Virus record (IMG/VR): IMGVR_UViG_3300044691_000355
Span: 68,773 to 132,772 of that record
Length of the DNA: 64,000 nucleotides
Source: a virus
Reading direction: 5' to 3' (one strand)
The number at the start of each line of letters is the position of its first letter. Within the stretch, counting starts at the first letter, position 1. Positions 29,125 to 36,616 of the stretch are shown piece after piece. The position numbers and the translations under genes were made by a program. Under the pieces are notes generated by a model. That model had not been told where the DNA came from. It made no database searches and worked only from the letters and a program-made list of their open reading frames with translations.

Positions 29125-29811
29125 TGCTCGATTTCCCTCTAATCCCATCCAACGTCATCAGTGCCATCGCTTCCCACGGTGCGAGCCGCCGTCCTGTCAT
29201 CGCACACCACGCCTGAATCGACTGCCAAGTGATCGTCCCTGTCGAAAACTCCTGCAAATACTCGATCAAATACGCGAACTCTGCAGGCTGCTCTGTGAAC
29301 GTAATGCCTAGCCGGCTTTGCGCTCTTTCAACATCGGCAGCTCCGATATGTCGCTCACTGGCACCTGCGAGTCGGCGTCGCTCGTCGGCCCAGGCGTAGA
29401 GGCTGGCGAGTCGAGGCCGAAAAAACGGCTGCGGTCCGTCGTGACGTTCGGAATCGCGAGCTTGATGGTCGGCGAGTTCTCCAGCAGCGCGCGCAGTGCC
29501 GTGGGTGTGAACTCATCCTCGAAGCTCCAGCCGATCACCAGCTTCTCGACGTAATCGACCAGCAGTTCATCCGCCAGCGCGTCGCGCAGTTCTTTGTCTT
29601 CATCCTTCTCGTCGGTTGCATCCTTTGGCGCCGAGGACTTCAAGTCCGCAAGTCCGCGGTTCAGTTCCGCGACCGCTTTGCCGAACCGCTTGCTATCGGG
29701 CCCGATGACCAAGAGCCATTCGTCAGACTCTGTTTTGCCGTCTGCCTTGAGCAAGGGGACCTTGATTCCCGCTTCGCTTTTCGGAACCGTGTAAAAATCT
29801 GTGACCTTCAT
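29117..29811 (-). CDS. Tail assembly chaperone gpG (29308..29811) and -1 frameshift product gpGT (ends 29117)
   Basis: Slippery T TTT TTC at 29425-29419; -1 frame open to TGA 29117, encoding ITWQSIQAWCAMTGRRLAPWE..LD. Confidence 0.85.
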
Positions 29812-30365
29812 TCGCCTGCCCTCTTAAGTGATTTCACCGCGTCTTTTGCTTGATCGCCGCCACTGAATCCCAAACTGACGTCCACGATGCGCGCGACTCG
29901 TTCGCGGCTCGACAGCCTGCCGATGGCATCGTGGAATAAGTACACCTGGCGCAAGGTGTAATTTCTGATCTTGTCGAGCGTGTGGCCGTGGGAGATGAGG
30001 CCCTGCATGACGCTCGACCAGCGCTCGGTTGAGCGTCCTGGCTTCGGCGCTTCCTGCGTAAACCAACTCTTGTTCGCGCGCTCGAACGTAACGGCCAGCG
30101 CCGTCAACGTCGCGTCATTCAAACCGGCGATTTCCAGCGGATCGCGACCGCAGTTCTCCGCGATCAGATAGATGAGGTCCGCGCTATCGCCTTCCTTGTA
30201 TTTATCAACCGCTTTGCGCGCCGCTTCGCCTAAGCGCAGGCCCTCGATGATGGTGTACTCGTGTATTTCGTAGCGAATAGAGGACACGGAGACGGAAAAC
30301 TCCGGGAACAGTATCTCGAAGTCTTCCGCCCCGCGGTTTACCCGCGGCGCGATCTGCCGCGCCAT
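29808..30365 (-). CDS. Second tail assembly chaperone-like protein (G- and T-like parts in one frame)
   Basis: Position after tail tube; EDFEILFP N-term; W...LISHGH...I..YT..Q..F C-term. Confidence 0.6.
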   Translation of the reverse strand: MARQIAPRVNRGAEDFEILFPEFSVSVSSIRYEIHEYTIIEGLRLGEAARKAVDKYKEGDSADLIYLIAENCGRDPLEIAGLNDATLTALAVTFERANKSWFTQEAPKPGRSTERWSSVMQGLISHGHTLDKIRNYTLRQVYLFHDAIGRLSSRERVARIVDVSLGFSGGDQAKDAVKSLKRAGE

Positions 30366-30368
30366 TGA

Positions 30369-31127
30369 CTACACTGCTACTTCGTTGGTGACGATCCGCC
30401 CGAATCCACCCATGTTGGCGATATTCGCGTTGATGGTGTCGTACAGGATTGCGCCGGTAAGATCGAAGCCGCCCCAGTCGGCATCAATCAAGCCAAACAC
30501 CTTCGCAGGCGTGAACTGCACTCGGAACAAATCCACATGCACTGCATCGCCCGTGAACGTGTTGACGCCATCGAATATCACGTACCGCTCTGGCGGCGTG
30601 ACCTGGCTCATCATTTCGATTGCCTCGACCGTCGCGTAGGTATATGCAGCGTGGTACGGCTGCACACCGATGGCTGTAAGCATCGTCACGACGCTACCGG
30701 TCAGGGAGTAGTCGGTGCCCGCCACGAGTGTGATAGGTGAGCCGGTGCTATCGGTTATCACCAGCGCGGAAACGGCCGTATTCGCGAGTTGCACCGCATC
30801 TCCAGCGACGAGACCAGTCGGGAATGCTTCCGCCGTTACCGTGCCACCTGCAATCGATGCCTTTGAACCGTACAGAGCCAACACGAGATTTTCCCAATGG
30901 AACTCGGTAATTGACATGTTCAATTCGCCCTTGCGCTCTTTCATGAGGCGGCCATACAGCAAGCGCTGCCCACTGAATGACTCGTACTTGTCGCTGATGT
31001 TCGGCGTCAAAGCGACTTCGGCTTTTTCGGTGTTGCCGAGCCAGGTCAGCTTGCCGGGCTTGCCGGTCGTGCCGTCGCGCAAAGCGGTGTACACCTTGCC
31101 CTGTAGAGAAAATAATTGGTTAGACAT
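30369..31127 (-). CDS. Major tail tube protein
   Basis: AGGAG RBS, MSNQLFSLQGKVY..WLGN..; VDLFRVQFTP. Confidence 0.8.
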   Translation of the reverse strand: MSNQLFSLQGKVYTALRDGTTGKPGKLTWLGNTEKAEVALTPNISDKYESFSGQRLLYGRLMKERKGELNMSITEFHWENLVLALYGSKASIAGGTVTAEAFPTGLVAGDAVQLANTAVSALVITDSTGSPITLVAGTDYSLTGSVVTMLTAIGVQPYHAAYTYATVEAIEMMSQVTPPERYVIFDGVNTFTGDAVHVDLFRVQFTPAKVFGLIDADWGGFDLTGAILYDTINANIANMGGFGRIVTNEVAV

Positions 31128-31253
31128 CGCGGTAAAACTCCTAGGAAATATAGGGGGGTTAAAACGGACCTGGTATTCAACGTTGCCGCAGTCACCGACC
31201 GCGAAGAAACACCCGGCCGCGCACCGCGAGGCCAGAAACAAAAAACTGAAAAC

Positions 31254-31826
31254 TCAAACTTTCGCATCGCGAATGATTCCCCCGATGCGCGCAATATTCG
31301 TGCGGACCATGCCGTGTGGCGCTTGCCGCGAGTAGCCACCGCTCGAACGGATTTCGTAGACTGCTGGTTCGCGCGTTCTGGAACCCAGTGCGAGCGATTG
31401 CCGCAGGCCGATGTTGCCGGAAAAGCCACTGAGGCCAAGCGAACTCACCGCCGCACCGCGACTGACGAGCGTCCCGCGCTTCGGCGGATTCGGGTATCCG
31501 CCGAATTCGAGCACGGTGATGTAGGGAAGATTGTTGGTGAGCCACGTGATCTTGCCTGCGCCGCCCATGTTGGCTGTGATCTCGCCAATCGCAGCAGAGC
31601 CAGATGGGTCCAAGCGCTCCACCGTGCCGGTCGCGGCAGTTCCAACGGTCGTCTGCCAATTTCCGCGTGCTCGCCCGGTGTCTACAGGTGTCGCCTTGAT
31701 GATTCCGCTGAACAGAGCCAAAGTGATGCCGCGCACGTTCTTATCGACGCTCCCCTTCGCCTTCTTCGCCCATTCGGCGACTTGGAGGCCGAAAGAACCG
31801 CCTTGCAAATTGATGGTATCTGCCAT
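31254..31826 (-). CDS. Neck/tail completion protein (HK97 gp10-like)
   Basis: TPVDTGRARGNW, NNLPY..LEFG, SRQAPHGMV. Confidence 0.85.
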   Translation of the reverse strand: MADTINLQGGSFGLQVAEWAKKAKGSVDKNVRGITLALFSGIIKATPVDTGRARGNWQTTVGTAATGTVERLDPSGSAAIGEITANMGGAGKITWLTNNLPYITVLEFGGYPNPPKRGTLVSRGAAVSSLGLSGFSGNIGLRQSLALGSRTREPAVYEIRSSGGYSRQAPHGMVRTNIARIGGIIRDAKV

Positions 31827-31829
31827 GGA

Positions 31830-32102
31830 TTACTCGCGCGGCGCGTTGAATCCGGCATTGATGTTGATCGTCACTTGCCGAAATCCTTCCGGTGTCGCAT
31901 GAACAGAGCCGTTCACCGACAACCCGCAGTCACACGTCGGATCATCCATCAGCACATTGGTGAACGCCGCGACCGCTTCGCGCGCCGCTGGCATATCGGC
32001 GGCGTGTACAGGCTGCGCCAGCAAGATCGCATCGAACTGCTCGTTCGCCAGGGTGACGGCTTCCGCCTTCGTGGCGGCCTTTACTGAAAATGAATAGCTC
32101 AT
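31830..32102 (-). CDS. Small hypothetical protein inserted in neck module
   Basis: AGGAG RBS, 90 aa. Confidence 0.7.
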   Translation of the reverse strand: MSYSFSVKAATKAEAVTLANEQFDAILLAQPVHAADMPAAREAVAAFTNVLMDDPTCDCGLSVNGSVHATPEGFRQVTININAGFNAPRE

Positions 32103-32120
32103 GTTTATTCTCCTGTGATT

Positions 32121-32534
32121 TTAAGAAAATTCCCGATCGACGCTGCCGTCGAACGTGATGGATACCGCTGCGCTTTGATAGCCGCCGTAAATGCGGATCA
32201 CGCCATCATCTGATTTCTTGACGCGCAATTTTTGCGTACCCGCCGTGTTGGTGAATAGCCGGCGCGGCTTGTAATAACTCAAGATCTGATCGATCAAGCC
32301 GGCCAGATCCCCGGTGCCAACATTCATGTCGCCATTGCAGTCGACCTGCAAAATGCGAATGTACTTATCGGCGGTTTGCAGGCGCTGATCGCTGCTGACC
32401 GGCATGATCGTCGCGTAGGCCCACAACCCAGCATCGGGCGGAGTAAACGCAACACCCTCATAGCCGACCGGACACGCCAGTCCTAAATCCTTGAAGGACT
32501 TCATGATGACGCCGTTGAGCGCGGTGATGCTCAT
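32121..32534 (-). CDS. Tail terminator-like protein
   Basis: EGVAFTPP..LW, ILQVD; position in neck cluster. Confidence 0.7.
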   Translation of the reverse strand: MSITALNGVIMKSFKDLGLACPVGYEGVAFTPPDAGLWAYATIMPVSSDQRLQTADKYIRILQVDCNGDMNVGTGDLAGLIDQILSYYKPRRLFTNTAGTQKLRVKKSDDGVIRIYGGYQSAAVSITFDGSVDREFS

Positions 32535-33190
32535 TTGCGCATTGTCAGCACGTAGGCGATGGCTACTGTGGTCGGCTTGATGATCTTCGGCTCACTTAAG
32601 ATCTGCCACGTCTCAGAGCTATCAGCGAGTGACAGAACGATGGTATCCATCTCGGTGTCCATCGGCGGCGTGCCAGATAGCGTCCAGGTCGTGGTATCGA
32701 GACTGATGGTCACCGTTGCCCACGAGGGCACGCCAGTGGCCGACCAGATGTAACGTGGTGTGCCACCGATTGCGGTTTTGGTCGCGGTGTAAAACACGCC
32801 TTCGATCGCATCCGTAAAGTCGGCATCCGGCGTCATCGTCAGCGCCACGGCGGGAACGGGTACGACGATCTTGTCGGTGAGCAGGGGCTCGACGGTGCTG
32901 CCGTCAGGGTTCACAGCCGCGATGATCATCTGCCGATCCTGGCTTAAGACGTCGCTTACTTTCGCGACACCGCCGACGCCGCGGCCAACCACTTGATAGT
33001 CCGCGGAACGCGCCTGCCACAATCCTATCGCCGGCAAATCTACTGTGGTCTCGCCCGTGATTTTCCCTGACTCTGGATCGTAGGTGCCGGGCACTTTACG
33101 GCGCACGATTACGGGCATGCCGCTACCTTTGGGCGGTGGACTGAGCAGCCGCGTCGCAATCTTAGCCATTTTGTTGTAGTCGATCGCCAT
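32531..33190 (-). CDS. Head closure (stopper) protein with inserted Ig-like domain
   Basis: GTYDPESG, P..DKIV / TWQI..IKP..YVLTMRK interrupted by ~77-aa He_PIG-like insert (32615-32845). Confidence 0.75.
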   Translation of the reverse strand: MAIDYNKMAKIATRLLSPPPKGSGMPVIVRRKVPGTYDPESGKITGETTVDLPAIGLWQARSADYQVVGRGVGGVAKVSDVLSQDRQMIIAAVNPDGSTVEPLLTDKIVVPVPAVALTMTPDADFTDAIEGVFYTATKTAIGGTPRYIWSATGVPSWATVTISLDTTTWTLSGTPPMDTEMDTIVLSLADSSETWQILSEPKIIKPTTVAIAYVLTMRK

Positions 33191-33708
33191 CAGGCACGTA
33201 TCGCGCGGATGTAGCGCGGAGTTGTCAGCGCGATTACATAGCGCTCCGCTTTTTCGATGACGGCGTATTTCAGCACGCGCGCGTTATTTTCGTAGGTCTC
33301 AGTTACCGCGCCAGAGATTGCGTCAGAAGCGATGCTGCCGTGATCATTCGGAAAAGCGGTCGGCATTACATCCTGGCCAGCGAGCGCATACAACTCGCAC
33401 GCTACAATATCCTGGAGGATGAGCAGCTGCTTCGGCAGTTCGGTGTATTTGTAACAGTATCCTTCAACATTGACCTCGCGACGAGGCCACGCGACGTCCT
33501 GGTCACGGGAGTATTTGAATCCCAACCAATTCATCCCGCAGCGCCGCTCCATATAGTCCATCGAGTTGAGCAGCAGCACCCCGCAGTCATCGTCCGAGGT
33601 CGGCAGCGGCAGAGCACGCTCCGCGGCGAATGAACGGAGGTCGGCGACCGATTGATATGAATTAGCATTCGCGACGACGGTGCCGTCCTCGACGACTATC
33701 GTAGTCAT
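33190..33708 (-). CDS. Head-tail adaptor (DnaT_2-like family)
   Basis: VEDGT..ANSY, Q..AWPR motifs. Confidence 0.75.
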   Translation of the reverse strand: MTTIVVEDGTVVANANSYQSVADLRSFAAERALPLPTSDDDCGVLLLNSMDYMERRCGMNWLGFKYSRDQDVAWPRREVNVEGYCYKYTELPKQLLILQDIVACELYALAGQDVMPTAFPNDHGSIASDAISGAVTETYENNARVLKYAVIEKAERYVIALTTPRYIRAIRA

Positions 33709-34562
33709 CGGCGTCCCCTACGAAATGCAGGCTTCGACGGTTCAGGCGGCGAAGGCAGCGGCGCCTCTTCAGTCAGCACTGGGAGCGCCTCGACAGCTTC
33801 AGGCGGCGTGCCGGTGAGTAAATGCAGCGTCACGAAACGCGCCGCGCTCCCTTCACTCATTTCCTCAACGGTCCACTGCCCGTACGCGAGCCGCGCGAAA
33901 TACTCATGCCGATTGTCCGGCGTTACATCCTTGTACATCGCATCCGGCGCGTGCGCCTCGACCCACACTCCGGCCAACCAGGCTTCATTGCCCAAGTTGG
34001 AGTTCCACGTCACGATCTTGCCTGCACGCGCCAGCAGCTCAGCCACTGATTCCTTCGGCGCTTCCTCACCCATTAGCGGGTGCGCACGGTACTCGATGTC
34101 GGGAAACTGAGATACAAAGGCATTCCATTTCTTTTCCGTGTCGAAAGGGTGCGCCTGATCCCCAATCAACTGCCCTGCCAGCACCGCAGGTCCATCGCCA
34201 TCACGCATGGCTTGCATCGGTAACCCAAGCGCAACGAAGCGATCATCGGAACATGGGAAGACGGGGATGCGATTGAGTCCGCCCAGCGACAATTGCCAAT
34301 ACTCATCGCGCTTCAAGTACCCAAAGTCGAGCACGAGCACAGGCACGCCCGCGCGCTCGTATTCATCCAAGATCACTTTTCCCTTGCCGCGCAGCCCAAA
34401 CACCGCCACCAGCGTGAAAATCGATTCGCGATCATTCGCGCCAAAATCGGAGAGCGAACGGTGAGACACCGTATAACCCACAGAGGCGAATCCCCGCCCC
34501 AGCGCGATCGCCGGGGGGAAGGAGCCGTGTGATGAGTAAATGCCGATTCTTAAAGGAGCCAT
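33705..34562 (-). CDS. Glycosyltransferase-like protein (KpsS/capsule-biosynthesis-like GT-B)
   Basis: LDFGYL, GQLIGD, YRAHP, IVTWNSNLGNEAWLAGV, LAYGQWT. Confidence 0.6.
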   Translation of the reverse strand: MAPLRIGIYSSHGSFPPAIALGRGFASVGYTVSHRSLSDFGANDRESIFTLVAVFGLRGKGKVILDEYERAGVPVLVLDFGYLKRDEYWQLSLGGLNRIPVFPCSDDRFVALGLPMQAMRDGDGPAVLAGQLIGDQAHPFDTEKKWNAFVSQFPDIEYRAHPLMGEEAPKESVAELLARAGKIVTWNSNLGNEAWLAGVWVEAHAPDAMYKDVTPDNRHEYFARLAYGQWTVEEMSEGSAARFVTLHLLTGTPPEAVEALPVLTEEAPLPSPPEPSKPAFRRGRR

Positions 34563-34587
34563 TCGCCCTCCTGCTTTGGCAGCAAGC

Positions 34588-35580
34588 TCAACGGGATTGA
34601 ATCGTGACGCCCGCCCAGTTCTTGAACGAGGTCATCGCAGTGTCCCAATTGGAACCGGTGGCAATGGCTGAATCGGCCGGATTGGCGCCGCCGTTGGTGA
34701 TGTCGTATTTGAAGCCCTTGACGCCAAGGTTGTACGCAAATTCCCCCTGGTAACGCACCACCAAGTTCTCAAGGCCTGTGATGTCGATCACCACCAATTC
34801 CTCCTGCTCCGTGCTCTCGACCAATGCACCACCCACCGTCAACCCCAGCGTGTAGTAGTTCGTAAACGCCGTCGAACCCGAGCCACCCGAGACGACCAAG
34901 GCATCGGAGTCGGTGACGATGACCGGGCGATTCATGGTGACCGGCTGGCCCTGGGCCACGTTGAAGTTAGACACGTTTAAGATGTTCGCCGTGATCTGAT
35001 TAGCAACCAGGTCATAGTACGGTTTCGAGTGCATGATCCAGGCGACGACCTGATCGGCCGCATCACCGAACTTGGAAAGTCCAGATACCAGCCCTGCGGT
35101 ATTGAGCGTGCCGTTGGTCGGCACCGTGTACAGGTTGGTGGCCTGATTGGCGAGCGCTGAACGCGTCGCGCGCAACGCACTGTTGAGCATGTCGAGCTGC
35201 ATCGCAATTGCCGACTGCTGACCCAGGATGAACGACAGTTCCTCGCTGGTCTTACCCATCGCGATCTTACGGAATGCGTCGCGGGTTTGACCGACAGGGC
35301 CGATCTTCCGATTGAGCTTAACGCTGATGATCTCATTCTCGGCCAACGCCAAATCGGTCGCCGCGCTCGTGGAAGTCGTATCGCGCCGAGAAATGAGGTT
35401 GGTGACGCTCGAGAAGAATGCAGCCTGTGAGAAATCTCCGCGCCGCGAGATCGTGTTCAACACGATTGCCCCACGCGAAGCGTCGTTGAACGCCTTACTG
35501 TTCTGCGTGAGGACTTCGACAATACCGGACTGGTACTGTTCTTGGTAGACGACGAAATCTGATGCTTTACCGATAGCCAT
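34588..35580 (-). CDS. Major capsid protein
   Basis: 330 aa after scaffold; FNDASRGAIVL, KFGD, IMHS, YNLGVKGFKYD. Confidence 0.85.
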   Translation of the reverse strand: MAIGKASDFVVYQEQYQSGIVEVLTQNSKAFNDASRGAIVLNTISRRGDFSQAAFFSSVTNLISRRDTTSTSAATDLALAENEIISVKLNRKIGPVGQTRDAFRKIAMGKTSEELSFILGQQSAIAMQLDMLNSALRATRSALANQATNLYTVPTNGTLNTAGLVSGLSKFGDAADQVVAWIMHSKPYYDLVANQITANILNVSNFNVAQGQPVTMNRPVIVTDSDALVVSGGSGSTAFTNYYTLGLTVGGALVESTEQEELVVIDITGLENLVVRYQGEFAYNLGVKGFKYDITNGGANPADSAIATGSNWDTAMTSFKNWAGVTIQSR

Positions 35581-35622
35581 GACGATTTTGCTCCGTAAAA
35601 ATTAAAAGATGGGGAAATGCCT

Positions 35623-36378
35623 TTAGTCCATCGGCAGTTTTTCGTATTCCTGCCGACCGTGCTCACTGATGTATTCGGACTTCTCTTTCGTCGACATCTT
35701 TGAGCGCGGCTTATTGCCTGGAGTGGCACCGCCACCTTTGCCTCCGCCGGAACCTCCGCCAGAAGCCCTCGATCCGACCAACAGCGGTGCAAACCGCGTA
35801 TCGGCCATAAATTCTTTTTTCAAATCATCGATCGTCATCGCGGAAGCCTTGCCTTCCTTGTCAACGACCACAGTCGTGCGCTTCCCGTCGCGCGTCTCAA
35901 TGCGCAAACGCCGTTGTATGTGAGGGAATAACACATCCTCACTTCCCGGCAATGCAATCGACGCAGCGAGCGATGTCGCATGACGGTCGACCATCTCCCG
36001 CGTCAAATCCGCCTCCATCGAGGCAAGTGCGGGCTTGTACTCGTTATCTTTGGCGGCCTGAGCGGCTTCAAATTTCTCCTGCCAACTCTTGTTCAGCGAG
36101 TCAACATCACCCGACTTCTTTGCCAATTCCAATTTCGCCACCCGTGTCTCTTCGTCCTTCACCGCCTGCGCCGTTTCTATATCAGACAACTTCTTGGCGA
36201 GCGCCTTGCGTTCGGTTTTTTCGCGCTCGTGCGCCCGGCGCAGCTCCGCGGTGTCCTCCGCCCCTCCGCTGTTAGGCTCAATCGCCAACTTGAATCCCAA
36301 TTCCGCGTCTTGGACGTATTCACCGCGAAACGCTTCTGGGACTTCTTCGAGTGTTTTTACTGCAAATTTCAAAGACAT
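35623..36378 (-). CDS. Head scaffolding protein
   Basis: AGGAG RBS before MSLKF; coiled coil, ASGGG linker, basic C-terminal helix. Confidence 0.8.
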   Translation of the reverse strand: MSLKFAVKTLEEVPEAFRGEYVQDAELGFKLAIEPNSGGAEDTAELRRAHEREKTERKALAKKLSDIETAQAVKDEETRVAKLELAKKSGDVDSLNKSWQEKFEAAQAAKDNEYKPALASMEADLTREMVDRHATSLAASIALPGSEDVLFPHIQRRLRIETRDGKRTTVVVDKEGKASAMTIDDLKKEFMADTRFAPLLVGSRASGGGSGGGKGGGATPGNKPRSKMSTKEKSEYISEHGRQEYEKLPMD

Positions 36379-36391
36379 GTGAGCACCGCTC

Positions 36392-36616
36392 CTAGTGTAA
36401 AAATACGGGCAGTGCCCGCGTGACGGCGTGTGCATCGCACGCGCCAAGATTCTCGTCATCCTCGTGAACGATGATCCGTGCGTCCACAGGATCTCGGTAC
36501 GGACGGCACCAGCACCACAGCGCCGGATAGTGCGCGACGGCTATATCGTCTGCGTCGACTGGCAGCACGTGCTTATCGTCGCAATCCTCGTCAACGAACA
36601 CGCCCCAGCGGTTCAT
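36392..36616 (-). CDS. Small His/Cys-motif phage protein
   Basis: HVLPVD..H...CWCRP..IVH; ATGA-coupled. Confidence 0.65.
   Translation of the reverse strand: MNRWGVFVDEDCDDKHVLPVDADDIAVAHYPALWCWCRPYRDPVDARIIVHEDDENLGACDAHAVTRALPVFLH

Noticed and set aside
28358-29311. 317-aa + strand ORF
   Set aside because: Low-complexity antisense shadow of the Ala-rich TMP, with no domain motifs, unlike the intein antisense ORF
31116-32087. 323-aa + strand ORF
   Set aside because: Arg-rich, motif-less, spans several well-supported minus-strand genes
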